Notes under the pieces: generated by a model | Seen by the model: only the letters and a program-made list of their open reading frames with translations | Database searches by the model: none | Told to the model about the DNA's origin: nothing | Part shown: positions 52,780 to 63,906 of the stretch, piece by piece | Numbering within the stretch: position 1 is the first letter of the stretch | Layout of the letters: each line of letters opens with the position of its first letter | From: an uncultured bacterium | Lineage (GTDB): Bacteria; Verrucomicrobiota; Verrucomicrobiia; Limisphaerales; UBA8199 | Assembly (NCBI GenBank): GCA_963749495.1 | Contig: CAVVMW010000001.1 | Coordinates: 672,001 to 736,000 of the forward strand | Length of the DNA: 64,000 bases | Direction of reading: 5' to 3' | Program-made: the position numbers and the translations under genes

Positions 52780-53943
52780 TCACCGCTCGCCAGGGCCGGA
52801 ACTCTGGGCCCTGAAATCCGATAGCCGATAGCCGAGGCAGGCAGAAAAATGGGGGCAGAAAGATAAGCAAGAGACCCATTTTTCTGTCCCCATTTTTCTG
52901 CATGATTTTGGATTTCGTGCTTCGGATTTCGGATTTGGAATTTCAGATTCCAAATTTCCGATTTCAGATCTCGGGCCTCCGCCCTCCGTCCTCCGCCCTC
53001 CGTCCTCCGCCCTCCGCCCTCCGTCCTCCGTCCTCCGCCCTCCGTCCTCCGCCCTCCGCCCTCCGGCCGCCCTGTGCTTCCATCGGTTGTGTACCCAGAA
53101 CCAATTGGCGGGGTCGTGGCGCACGGCGATTTCGAAGGCGCGGTTCACCTCGGCCATGATGTCCGCCAGGGGACGGGGCTTGCCGTTTTGGTGGGTTGGG
53201 ATTTCGGCGCCGGCTTCGATGCGCCACTGGGCGAGGCCCACGCGGTAGCAGAATCCGGTGAGCAGAGCGCAGTCGTAGCGCAGCGCAAAGAGGGCCGGGG
53301 CGGGCGAGGTCGAGCAGTCCCGGCCCAGGAAGGGCAGGCGCAGGCCGCTGGCCCCGGCGGCCTGGTCGGAGAGCAAGCCCAGGATGATCGCGGGCCGGCG
53401 CATGAAGGCCTTGAGTGCCGGCCCCTCGAAGCGGCGCTCGAAGAAGAGGCAGCCCGAGCGGGCGCGCAGGGCCTGGAGCAAGCCGTTGAGCGAGGGTTGC
53501 CGCAAACCCCGATAGGTTGTGGCGCACTGGTAGCCGGGGGCGAACTGGCCGATGCGGGCGTAGAGTTCGAAATTGCCGAAGTGGCCTATGGCGGCGACCC
53601 GGCGCCGGGGCTGCGCGCCCGGGGCGGGCTGCTGGAGTTGCGGGGCCACGAACTGGACGTGCGGGCGCAACTCCTCGAACGTCATGGCGGCGGTCTTGGC
53701 GGCGCAGGCGAAGTTCTCGCCGATGCGCCGAAAGTTCTCGCGGGCGAGGGCGCGGATTTGAGCCGGGGACTTCTCCGCGCCGAAACAAAGGGCGAGGTTG
53801 TTCAGGGCCACGCGCCGGTGCCGGGCGTCAAACCAATAGACCAGCCCGCCCACGGTCCGGCCGATTCGGGCGACCCATCGCAGCGGCAGGGCTTGTGCCA
53901 GCGCCACCAGGGCGCGCGCCAACCAGTAGAGGAGCGGTTCCAT
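52780..53943 (-). CDS. lpxL: Lipid A lauroyl/late acyltransferase with a repeat-derived C-terminal tail
   Basis: HFGNFE, LLSDQ, WFWVHNRWK, then (RAEDGG/RTEDGG)n encoded by a microsatellite. Confidence 0.82.
   Translation of the reverse strand: MEPLLYWLARALVALAQALPLRWVARIGRTVGGLVYWFDARHRRVALNNLALCFGAEKSPAQIRALARENFRRIGENFACAAKTAAMTFEELRPHVQFVAPQLQQPAPGAQPRRRVAAIGHFGNFELYARIGQFAPGYQCATTYRGLRQPSLNGLLQALRARSGCLFFERRFEGPALKAFMRRPAIILGLLSDQAAGASGLRLPFLGRDCSTSPAPALFALRYDCALLTGFCYRVGLAQWRIEAGAEIPTHQNGKPRPLADIMAEVNRAFEIAVRHDPANWFWVHNRWKHRAAGGRRAEDGGRRTEDGGRRAEDGGRRTEGGGPRSEIGNLESEIPNPKSEARNPKSCRKMGTEKWVSCLSFCPHFSACLGYRLSDFRAQSSGPGER
52908..53064. repeat. Two adjacent heptamer arrays (tttcgga-like; ccctccg/tcctccg)
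   Basis: Seen directly, within the 3' extension of lpxL. Confidence 0.85.
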
Positions 53944-53957
53944 CGTTCAAGTCACAG

Positions 53958-55129
53958 TCAGTGAAAGCAAATCTTGCTCACGCAGTCCTGGAAGTCGTTG
54001 GCCCCGCTCAGGATCTTGATTTCGACGCGCATGAAATAGATGGGCAAATCGCGGCGGTCAATCCTGGGAAAGCGGACGGCGTCCTTCTGGGTGGTAACGA
54101 TGGTCTGGGCCTGGCGTTTCTTGCTGCGGTTGATGGCATTGAGGATCTCCTGCTGGGAAAAGCGGTGATGGTCGGCAAAGCGTTTGGAATAGACCAGTTC
54201 GGCGCCCAGTTCGACCAGGCTCTGCTCGAAGCTCTCCGGCTGGGCGATGCCGCTGAGCGCGGCCACTTTGCAGCCGCGCAGCAGGTCCAGGTCCGTCCGC
54301 TGGCCGGTGAAGACGTCCTCGAGGTAGAGGGGGTGATGGATGCACTCGATGATGCCGGCGTCGGGATTGAGCCGGGCGATGCGCCGGCGCAACGCGGCGG
54401 TTTTGCCGTCGCTCTTGGTGATGAAGATGGTGCTGGCGCGGGCCAGGTGCGAGGGGGCTCGCGCAGGGTGCCGCGCGGCAGCAGCCGCTCGTTGCCGAAG
54501 GGCTGCTGGCGGTCGATCAGGACGATGTCCAGCCGGCGGCCCCGGAGCTTCCAATACTGGAAGCCGTCGTCCAGCAGCAGCGTGTCGCAGCCGAATTTCT
54601 CGATGGCGTAGCGCCCGCTCTTGACGCGGTCCTTGTCCACCAGCACGACCACGTCCTTGAGATTGGAGGCCAGCATGTAGGGCTCGTTGCCCGCCATCTC
54701 CGAGTCCAGCAGGAGCGAACGCCCGTCCGAGACCACCCGCGGCGGCGTGGTGTCGTCCTGGAGGAAGATCTTGTTGAGCAGCCAGCGGTGCAGGGGCCTG
54801 GGCTTGGAACGGTAGCCGCGCGAGAGGATGGCCACGTTCCGGCCCTGGTCGCGCAATTCGCGCGCGAATTTCTCCACCACAGGCGTCTTGCCGGTGCCTC
54901 CCACCGTGAGATTGCCGATGGCGATCACCTGCACGCCCAGGGTCGAATCCCGCAGCAGACGCAGGTTGTAGAGCCCCCGCCGCCAGAGTATCGCCACGTG
55001 GAAGGCCTTCGAGCACAAGTACGCCACGGAGCGCACCAGCGCGGGGACCGTCCCGCGCCGCTCGCCCAGAATGACCTCCAACAGGAAGGTCTCCAGATTC
55101 TCCGTCCAGGCCCGAAACCTCTCGCTCAT
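53958..55129 (-). CDS. lpxK: Tetraacyldisaccharide 4'-kinase, frameshift near 54455
   Basis: [52 protein letters not shown]. Confidence 0.93.
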
Positions 55130-55254
55130 GTCCGGCGAGTCTGCCAAGCCCTGCGCCGGGAAGCAAGCCGGTGCCGGGCGCCTCCCGGCACCTTGCGGGC
55201 TTCGCGTCAATTTGGGTTGACCCCGGGCGGCGGCGTTTGCAGAGTGACCTCACC

Positions 55255-56244
55255 ATGCTGCGACCTAGCTTCATCGGGATGGCCGGCCTTTCCGTAGCCG
55301 GATTGTTCACTGCACTTGCCGCCGACAACGCCGCGGCCCCTGCCTCAGGCCAGGGCGTCCAACTCACCGAACTGGCCGACCGTGTCCGGGTCGAGATCGA
55401 TGGCCGGCTCTTTACCCAGTACCTCTTTGGCAAGACCGTGGCGCGCCCGTACTGCTACCCGCTCATCGGGCCGGGCGAGGCCCGGATGACGCGGGACTGG
55501 CCGATGAAAAACAGCCCAAACGAGGCCCATGACCATCCGCACCACCGCTCGTTCTGGTTCGCACATGGGTCGATGAACGGACTGGATTTCTGGTCCGAAG
55601 AAAAGAATTTTGGCAGGACGGTCCATGACGGCTTCATCGAGATCAAGTCCGGGAGCGAATCGGGCGTCATCAAGTCGCGCAACAATTGGGTGGCGGCCGA
55701 CGGGACGGTCGTGTGCCGGGATGAGCGCGCATTGCGCATCTACAACCCGGGGGACCGTCCCGAGCGGATAGTGGACTTCGAGATCACGCTCTTTGCCTCC
55801 AACGGCCCGCTGACCCTGGGGGACACCAAGGAGGGGACGATGGCCTTGCGGCTGGCGGAGACCATGAGGCTCACCGGGCCGGTGGGCCACGGCCATATTG
55901 TCAACAGCCAGGGCGTCCGCGACAGCGCCACCTGGGGCAAACGCGCCGACTGGTGCGATTATTATGGACCGGTCAACGGCAAAACGGTCGGGGTGGCCAT
56001 CTTCGACCATCCGCAGAATCCCCGGCATCCCACGTGGTGGCATGTTCGCGATTACGGGTTGTTCGCCGCCAATCCCTTCGGCCAGCATGACTTCGAAGAG
56101 CTGCTCGATAAGAAGGCCGGCGACCTCGTTGTTCCTGCCGGCCAAAGCGTGACCTTCCGCTACCGTTTCTACCTGCACGAGGGCGATGAAAAACACGCCA
56201 GAGTGGCTGAAAAGTACCGTGAATACACAAACCCCCATCCCTAG
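55255..56244 (+). CDS. Secreted PmoA-like (DUF6807-type) protein
   Basis: Signal peptide, DHPHHRSFWFAHG, GDTKEG, DHPQNPRHPTWWHVRDYGLFAANPFG. Confidence 0.8.
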   Translation: MLRPSFIGMAGLSVAGLFTALAADNAAAPASGQGVQLTELADRVRVEIDGRLFTQYLFGKTVARPYCYPLIGPGEARMTRDWPMKNSPNEAHDHPHHRSFWFAHGSMNGLDFWSEEKNFGRTVHDGFIEIKSGSESGVIKSRNNWVAADGTVVCRDERALRIYNPGDRPERIVDFEITLFASNGPLTLGDTKEGTMALRLAETMRLTGPVGHGHIVNSQGVRDSATWGKRADWCDYYGPVNGKTVGVAIFDHPQNPRHPTWWHVRDYGLFAANPFGQHDFEELLDKKAGDLVVPAGQSVTFRYRFYLHEGDEKHARVAEKYREYTNPHP

Positions 56245-56323
56245 AAGGAGCGAGTGCCGAGCCCCATGTCCGACCCGTCTGACCAGTCCGGCTGGTCGGA
56301 CCCTTCAAGCAACGCAGCCTGCC

Positions 56324-57793
56324 ATGAATAACACGATGACCAACCTGAACCGCCGCAGGTTTCTAAAGACGACCCTCGGCTCAACCGTCGCTATCGGCTT
56401 GTGGCCGGCGCTGAGTTGGCGCGCCCGCGGCGCGAACGAAGACATCCGGGTCGCGGTGGTGGGCTTCAACGGTCGCGGGGGCGATCACATCAACGGCTTG
56501 AGGAGGGTCAAAGGGGTGCGGTTGGTGGCGCTCTGCGACGTGGATAGCGACGTGCTGGGCCGGGAGGTGAAGCGGTGCCAGGACCGCGCCGAGCCGGTGC
56601 AGGGCTATGCGGACCTCCGCCGGTTGCTGGAAAGCCCGGAGATCGATGCCGTGAGCATCGCCACGCCCAACCATTGGCATTCCCTGGCCGCGATCTGGGC
56701 CATCCAGGCAGGCAAGGATGTCTATGTCGAGAAGCCGGTGTCGCACGAGGTCTGGGAGGGGCGGCAACTGGTAACGGCGGCGCGGACCCACGGCAGAATA
56801 GTTCAAGCGGGCACCCAGTCCCGCTCCAGCGCGAACATCGCCCAGGCCATCCAATGGGTCAGGGAAGGGAACGTGGGCAAGATCCGCTGCGCCCGCGGCT
56901 TGTGCTACAAGCCCCGCAAGAGCATCGGCAAGACCGAGGGCCCGCAGCCGATCCCTCCGTCGGTGGATTACGACCTCTGGTGCGGGCCGGCGCCCAATGA
57001 CCCGCTGCGGCGCAAGCACCTGCATTACGACTGGCATTGGGTCTGGCCCACCGGCAACGGGGACATCGGCAACCAGGGCATCCACCAAATGGACCTGGCC
57101 CGGTGGGTCCTGGGCGAATCGGCCCTCTCGCCGCGCATCCTGAGCATCGGCGGCCGCCTGGGTTACACGGATGACGGCACTACTCCCAACACCCAGGTTG
57201 TCCTGCACGATTACTCCGCCGCGCCGCTCTTCTTCGAGGTCCGCGGGTTGCCCGCCGCCGACGGTGCCCAGGAGATGGATAAATTCCACGGGGCCAGCAT
57301 CGGTGTCGTGGTCGAGTGCGAAGGGGGATGGATGGTAATCCCGGATGACGCCAACAGCGCAATCATCCAGGACCGGGACGGCAACGAAATCAAGCGCTTC
57401 GCCGCCAAGGCGGACCATGGGGCGGACCACTATGCCAATTTCATCAACGCCGTCCGCAGCCGGAAGCACACCGACCTCAAGGCGGACATCCTGGAGGGCC
57501 ACCTCTCCAGCGCCCTCTGCCACACGGGTAACATCTCCTATCGCCTGGGCCGCACACACTCGATCGAGGAGATCCGCGACGCACTCAAGACCAGGCCCGG
57601 CATGGCCGAGGCCCTGGGCCGGATGGAGGAGCACCTGGCCGCCAATCACGTGGACCTGGTCAAAACCCCCGCCACGCTGGGTCTGCCGCTCCAGATGGAC
57701 CCCGTCAAAGAACGCTTCATCGGCAACAGCGACGCCAACCAATGGCTCACCCGCCAATACCGCGACCCGTTCGTGGTCCCGAGCGCCGTCTGA
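56324..57793 (+). CDS. Gfo/Idh/MocA oxidoreductase with Tat signal
   Basis: NRRRFLK, VVGFNGRG, ATPNHWH, VYVEKP, GNQGIHQMD. Confidence 0.92.
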   Translation: MNNTMTNLNRRRFLKTTLGSTVAIGLWPALSWRARGANEDIRVAVVGFNGRGGDHINGLRRVKGVRLVALCDVDSDVLGREVKRCQDRAEPVQGYADLRRLLESPEIDAVSIATPNHWHSLAAIWAIQAGKDVYVEKPVSHEVWEGRQLVTAARTHGRIVQAGTQSRSSANIAQAIQWVREGNVGKIRCARGLCYKPRKSIGKTEGPQPIPPSVDYDLWCGPAPNDPLRRKHLHYDWHWVWPTGNGDIGNQGIHQMDLARWVLGESALSPRILSIGGRLGYTDDGTTPNTQVVLHDYSAAPLFFEVRGLPAADGAQEMDKFHGASIGVVVECEGGWMVIPDDANSAIIQDRDGNEIKRFAAKADHGADHYANFINAVRSRKHTDLKADILEGHLSSALCHTGNISYRLGRTHSIEEIRDALKTRPGMAEALGRMEEHLAANHVDLVKTPATLGLPLQMDPVKERFIGNSDANQWLTRQYRDPFVVPSAV

Positions 57794-57836
57794 GTGGGCT
57801 GAGGAAGACCGAGCCCAAGTCAGGTGTCGAGCATTG

Positions 57837-57874
57837 TTCGTCATTCGTCATTCGTCATTCGTCATTCGTCATTC
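57837..57874. repeat. Heptamer microsatellite (tcattcg)n
   Basis: About five tandem units upstream of the oxidase gene. Confidence 0.85.
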
Positions 57875-57889
57875 CCCTCTCGCGAACCT

Positions 57890-59272
57890 ATGGCACTGGC
57901 GCCCAGCATCGTCTCCGGCCTGCGGGGCCTGGTCGGCGCGGAAAACGTCCTGACCCAGCCCGAAGACCTGATCCCCTATTCTTTCGACGGCACCGCGGCT
58001 TTGAGGCAGATGCCTGGCTGCATCGTGTTGGCCGCGACCGTGGACCAGGTCTCCGGCGTGTTGAAGCTGGCGCAGCAAACAGGGACCGCCGTGGTCACGC
58101 GCGGTTCGGGCACCGGCTTGAGCGGCGGCAGCTTGCCCAGCCCGGATTGCCTGGTCCTGTGCCTGGTGAAAATGGACCGAATCATCGAGGTGGACCGGGC
58201 GAATCTGACGCTGCTGGTCGAGGCCGGCGCCACGACGGCCAACGTGGCGGACGCGGCGGCGGCGGCCGGCCTGTTCTATCCGCCCGACCCCGGCTCGATG
58301 AACAGTTCGACCCTCGGCGGCAACGTCGCCGAAAACTCCGGCGGGCTGCGCGGCCTCAAGTACGGCGTCACGCGCAATTACGTGATGGGCCTGGAGGTGG
58401 TGCTCCCGGACGGCGAGGTGCTTTGGACCGGGAACAAGTGTGTGAAGGACGTGGCCGGCTACTCGCTCCGGGACCTGTTCATCGGCTCGGAAGGGACGCT
58501 CGGCGTCATCACCAAGGTCCTGCTCAAGCTCATTCCGCGCCCGGCGGCCAAGAGCACGCTCATCGCAACCTACGCCCGGATGGACCAGGCCGCCCAGACC
58601 GTCTCCGATATTATCGCGGCGCAGATCATCCCCTGCACGCTCGAGTTCCTGGACCAAACGACGCTCCGATGCGTCGAGGACTTTGCGCGGGTGGGTCTGC
58701 CGCTGGATTGCGAGGCGCTGCTGCTCATGGAAAGCGACGGCCATCCCGCCGCCGTGGCGGAGGAGAGCGCCCGGATGGCGGAGTTGGCCCGCAACAACGG
58801 CGCCACCCAGGTCCGCGTGGCCCGCGACGAGGCCGAGGCGGCCAGCCTCGCCTCTGCCCGCCGCAGCGCCTTCTCGGCCCTGGCCCGAGTGGCCCCAACC
58901 ACCATCCTCGAAGATGCCACCGTGCCCCGCAGCGAATTGGCCAAGATGCTCCGCTTTATCCAAGGCGTCGCCGCCAAATACCGCCTGCGCATCGGCACCT
59001 TCGGCCACATGGGCGACGGCAACCTGCACCCGACCTTTCTGACCGATGAACGGGACGCCGCCCAGATGCAGCGCGTCCACGAGGCCTTCAAGGAGATCTT
59101 CACCGAGGCCGTCCGGTTGGGCGGCACCATCACCGGCGAGCACGGCATCGGGGTGGCCAAGAAATCCTTCCTGCCCAAGTTCGCCGGGGACGCCCAGATG
59201 CGCGTGATGCGCGAACTCCGCCGCGCCCTGGACCCCAAAGGCATCCTGAACCCGGGAAAGATGTTTGATTGA
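57890..59272 (+). CDS. glcD: FAD-linked oxidase, glycolate oxidase subunit GlcD-like
   Basis: RGSGTGLSGG, YPPDPGS, GLKYGVT, GSEGTLG, GHMGDGNLHP, GEHGIG, LNPGK. Confidence 0.85.
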   Translation: MALAPSIVSGLRGLVGAENVLTQPEDLIPYSFDGTAALRQMPGCIVLAATVDQVSGVLKLAQQTGTAVVTRGSGTGLSGGSLPSPDCLVLCLVKMDRIIEVDRANLTLLVEAGATTANVADAAAAAGLFYPPDPGSMNSSTLGGNVAENSGGLRGLKYGVTRNYVMGLEVVLPDGEVLWTGNKCVKDVAGYSLRDLFIGSEGTLGVITKVLLKLIPRPAAKSTLIATYARMDQAAQTVSDIIAAQIIPCTLEFLDQTTLRCVEDFARVGLPLDCEALLLMESDGHPAAVAEESARMAELARNNGATQVRVARDEAEAASLASARRSAFSALARVAPTTILEDATVPRSELAKMLRFIQGVAAKYRLRIGTFGHMGDGNLHPTFLTDERDAAQMQRVHEAFKEIFTEAVRLGGTITGEHGIGVAKKSFLPKFAGDAQMRVMRELRRALDPKGILNPGKMFD

Positions 59273-61219
59273 AAGCGTGCCTGCCAGCGGGCGTATCCGC
59301 GTCCTTTTTGTCCCTTATGTCGCTTATGTCCCTTTTGTCCCTTGTCCCTTGCTCTCCAGCGGTTCTGTTTGCGGCGTTTATCTCGCTGGCTTCGGCCGCG
59401 GACCAGCCCGCTGCTTCGCGCCCTCCGGCAGTCATTTATACCTTCGATGCCCGGCCGCTCAACCAACTGGACCTGGGGGCGCCCACCAATGCCGCGCGGC
59501 TTTGGGACACGCTGCACGTGCTGGCGGCGCTACAGGGCCTGGCCAACCGGGACGCGCCCCGGTTTTACCTCTTTTACTGCAGCGAATTTGGCGTGGACAC
59601 CGACCAGTTCTGGTTCGATTGGTTTCGCACGGAGGATGGCTGGCTCAAGGGCGCCGCGGTTCGGCCGATGGCCTCGCTCGAAGAGGCAGTCGGCCTTTTT
59701 CGTTCCGTGTTTCGGGGCCTGGTGGTTTATGACCCGGCAGTGCCCGCCACGTCGAATGTCGCCTCGACCGCCGCCGGTTGCGAGGACCTGCTCCCGGTGC
59801 GTTACGACCCCACGCCGGGTTCGGTGTTTGACCTGCTGGTCCGCCGGCTCAAACTGCCGGTGAGATTATGGCTGCTCAAGAGCGACGGCACGTCGAGCTT
59901 CACCGGCCGCGGCCAGGTGCCGGACCTGGACGAACCATCAAGCGGCAGCGCAAAGGTGGACGCCTGCCGGTGGGCCTTGAAACGCTACATGCGCCCGGGC
60001 GGCTGCGCACCCGGCCTTGCCGCCTACTACATCGATGCTGACTGGCTCCGGCACCCGCGCGGCAATCCGACGCTGCACACTCTCTCCAACCACGATTACT
60101 TCATCGCCCGGCGCGCCTTCTTTTTCGACCTCTCGCCCTGGGGCGACGAGGCGCCGGGCGACGACCCGGACCAGCTGCTGGGTTTGGACCGGAAGGCCTT
60201 CCTGGAGGTGCTGCGGGCGCTCTATGATCGCGCGGGCGGGGCCGTGCTCCAGATCGGCGGCTTCACTCCCTGGCCCTACAAATACACCACTCACTCCAGG
60301 CCGCCGGGCCGGCACGAGGGCGTTCCTACCGAGTGGGAGTTCGGCCGGCTGATCTCGCAGTTCAATGGCTACATGGAGGCGGATGCCGCGGGCCTGAGCG
60401 CCATGGCCAATGCCTCCTTTTGCCGGCACTACCCGCTGGCAGCGCGCTACCGGCAACCCAATCCCAAGCCCGCCCTGGACCAGTGGCGGGCGCGGGGCTA
60501 CTTGACCGCCGCCGGCAGGCCGGCCAACAAGCTCTTTGTGGGCCATTACGTGGGCGATTACGATGCCCCGTCCTGGCTCTACAAGGCGGTGCCGGCCTTC
60601 TTTGGCGACCCATCCCGGGGCAGGTGCCCTTGGGCTGGGCCTTCGATCCCAACCTGGCCGACCGCGCGCCCCAGGCCCTGGTCTATGCCTATCGCCACGC
60701 CACCACCAACGACTTTTTCATCGCCGGCGACTCCGGGGCCGGCTACCTCAACCCGCGCGCCTTGACCGTCCGGCCGGACTCGAGCCTGCCGCCAGAGGGC
60801 TTGGCGCATGGACCGAGCATTGCCGGCGGCATTTCACCCGCTGGGACATGAGTATCACCGGCTTCATCCTGGACGGTTCGGGCGGCGCCTCCACCGAACT
60901 GGAATTCACCGCCTACCGCTCGTTCAGCCCCGATGGCGCCGGCACCCATTTCGAGGACAAACCGGCGCTTCACCTCGGCCTGCCGACCTGCCCCGAGCGA
61001 GATTTGCCCGACGACCCAGCCCAGGCGGCCGCCCGAATCGCACAGGCAGCCCAGGCGCGAAACGGCCGCCCCGGATTCCTTTGGGCACGGAGCATCCTCA
61101 AGGCCCCGCGCTGGTATGCCGACCTCTCACGCCGTCTGGCCGAAAAATACCCGGATGGGGAGGTGGTGGTAGTGGATCCTTATACGTTTTTCGGGCTGGT
61201 GAAGCTGCAATGCGAATGA
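59269..61219 (+). CDS. GxGYxYP-type putative glycoside hydrolase, frameshifted
   Basis: LQGLANR, GLVVYDP, YVGDYD, PLGWAFDPNL, GDSGAGYLNP, VVVDPYTFF across three frames. Confidence 0.7.
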
Positions 61220-61507
61220 GCGAGCCAAGAGCGGCGGTACACGCCGCACTCCAGGCGCTCCGCGAAGCAGGGACGCGCCGCCGAAGTCGCGACGCCCCTG
61301 GAGTGCGCGGCATTCCCGCGCTGTCGCTTCGTCATTCGTCATTCCGCCGGCCTTTACCTCCCGCCTTTTCGACTACCCCCGCAGCCCCCTGGACCTTTGT
61401 TGAGAATCAGAATAAGGACCGGAAGTCCACCGTGGGAGTATCTCGACAGTACTACCACTTCCAGAGCAGGGGCGGCAATCTGGAGACCAGTCTTGCCAAG
61501 CCGCAGG

Positions 61508-61735
61508 GCAACCCGGAGGGTTGCCAGAAGGTAGCCGGGGGTCGCCGCGTAGCGGTGACCCCCGGTCAAGCCTGAGAAGGATCCTGCACCCCGGAACGGG
61601 GTGCCAGGAGCCAGCCTCCGCGCGCCCGAGATGCCTTCTGGCATCCCTCCGGGATGCAGAGACGTATCGCCCGTGGACCGGGGGTCTCGCTGCGCTTCGA
61701 CCCCCGGCTACCTTCTTTCATCCCTCCGGGATGAA
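61508..61735. repeat. Palindromic element, family D (second copy, inverted)
   Basis: gcaacccggagggttgcc...catccctccgggatgaa. Confidence 0.85.
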
Positions 61736-61896
61736 CGCGTTGCCCGAACCGTGTCCCATTTCTCCAACCCTGGCGGTGCTGCCGTCGAGATACGCCCCGT
61801 CCACGGTTACTCGGGCGCATTATCATTGACACGCGGCCTGCGATGGAGGAAGCGTGAGGCGTGAACGACAGAACGGATCCATTCACGCGCTGAGCC

Positions 61897-63726
61897 GTGA
61901 AGCTTTTCGAGCGGATTTCCCCATCTATTACGCGCGGCACACGGCGCCGGCCGTTTGTCTCGCTGTGTAGCCTTCTGGCCGTGTGCCTGCTCGGCTCCAA
62001 GCCGCGCTGGCCGGGGCGGCGGACCCCCTGGAAGCGATCCGGCAGCGGGGGGCATTGCTCTGGGGCGCGGATGCGGAGGGGGGCGCCCCTTATGTGTATC
62101 CGGACCCGCAGAGGCCGGAGCAACTGATCGGCTTCGAGTATGAACTTGCCGAGGCCCTGGCCGCCAGGCTCGGGGTCAGGGCCAGGATGGTCCAGAACCA
62201 ATGGGACCAGCTCATCCCCGCGCTCGAACGAGGCAACTTCGACATCCTCCTCAACGGCCTGGAACTGACGCCGCAGAACCAGCAGCGCATCGCGATGTCG
62301 CAGCCTTATTACGTCTATGCCCAGCAGATCGTCACGCGCCCGCCAGGCCCAGGGCCTGACACGGATCGAATCGCTCCAGGGCAAACGTGTGGGCGTGCTC
62401 TCGTCGTCCGCAGCACACCGTTTGCTGGAGGCGGACGGCCGGACCGATCTGGTTCTCTACCCGGGCAACGTCGAGAGTTTCCGCGACCTCAAGGCGGGGC
62501 GGATCGAGGCGGTGGTGCTGGACCTGCCGATCGCCTTGCACTATGCGGGGCCGGACCCGGCGTTGAAGTTTTCCGGGCCCCCATTCGCGCCCGGCTATTA
62601 CGGGATCGGCGTGCGCAAAGGGGATGACTCGCTGTTGGCGGCGGTGAACGGGGCGATCCGGCAGATGACCGCCGACGGGACACTCGAGCGCATCTACCGC
62701 AAGCACGGGATTTGGGACGAGCGCCAGGCACAGCTTGCGGATTACCGGCCTGCGGCGGTGGCGGAGCGGCAAGCCGTCTCGACCTTGCGCGAGTGGCCGA
62801 AGTACCTGCCGCTGCTCTTGCGCGGGGCGGTCACGACGGTGGAGTTGAGCGTGCTGGCGATGGCCCTGGCGGTGATGGCCGGGTTGGTGCTGGTGCTGGC
62901 GCGGCTGTTCGCGCCGGCGCCCCTGCCATGGCTGGCCAGGGCCTACATCGAGGTCATCCGGGGCACGCCGTTGCTCATCCAACTCTTTCTCATCTTCAAG
63001 TCCTATCAATCGGTCTGCGTGCTGCGGGGCATCAACCATGTGCAGGAGCGCGGCGAGGTGGTCGTGCTCATCGGCCCGAGCGGGTCCGGCAAGACCACGT
63101 TTCTGCGCTGCCTGAACCAGCTCGAGGCCGCCGATGCGGGGCGCATCACCATAGACGGCATCAGCGTCGCGGGGGGCCGCCCGGCGCGGACGGGCAGGGA
63201 CCTCGAGCGGCAGCGCCAGTTGCGGCTGCGGGCGGGGATGGTGTTTCAGTCCTTCAACCTCTTTCCGCACCTGACGGTCCTGGAGAACATCACGTCGGCG
63301 CCGGTGGTCGTGAAGGGGATGGCGCGGCAGGAGGCCCAGGCGCGCGCGCGCCAACTGCTGGACAAGGTGGGCCTGGCCGACAAGGCCGGGGCCTATCCCA
63401 GCCAGCTCTCCGGCGGACAACAGCAGCGGGTGGCCATCGCCCGGGCCCTGGCGATGGGGCCGCAGGTCATGCTCTTCGACGAGCCGACCAGCGCCCTGGA
63501 CCCCGAACTGCGCGGCGAGGTCCTGGGGGTCATGCGCCAACTCGCCCAGGAGGGCATGACCATGATCGTGGTCACTCACGAGATGCAGTTCGCCCGCGAC
63601 ATCGCCGACCGCGTCCTGTTCTTCGAGGGCGGCCTGGTGGCCGAGTCCGGCCCGCCCGATGAAATCTTCTCCCACCCGCGCCACGAACGCACGCGGGAGT
63701 TTCTGCGGCGCGTGGAGACAAGGTGA
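61897..63726 (+). CDS. Polar amino-acid ABC transporter: substrate-binding domain, partial permease and ATPase in one frameshifted ORF
   Basis: [24 protein letters not shown] (binding domain); [15 protein letters not shown] (permease); [25 protein letters not shown] (ATPase). Confidence 0.85.
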
Positions 63727-63906
63727 GGAGGGGGGGCCAACTGGACAATCCAAGAGAGATGCGGCATAAGATGTGAGACGGGCAATGAAAACGCAGAGAC
63801 GCGAAGAACGCAGAGATGAGACAAGGCAAACGATCCTAATCTCTGCGTTCTTGGCGTCTCTGCGTTTAAGCACGCGCTCCGGCGTCTTCGGGGCACCCTG
63901 GCGACA

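Noticed and set aside
55255..56244. PmoA-like label as evidence of methane oxidation
   Set aside because: This is a soluble secreted protein next to a sugar oxidoreductase, not the membrane pMMO subunit, and no pmoB or pmoC is present.
61395..61505. Coding-looking stretch (VENQNKDRKSTVGVSRQYYHFQSRGGNLETSLAK) before a family D repeat
   Set aside because: Too short to assign, with no clear start or recognisable family.
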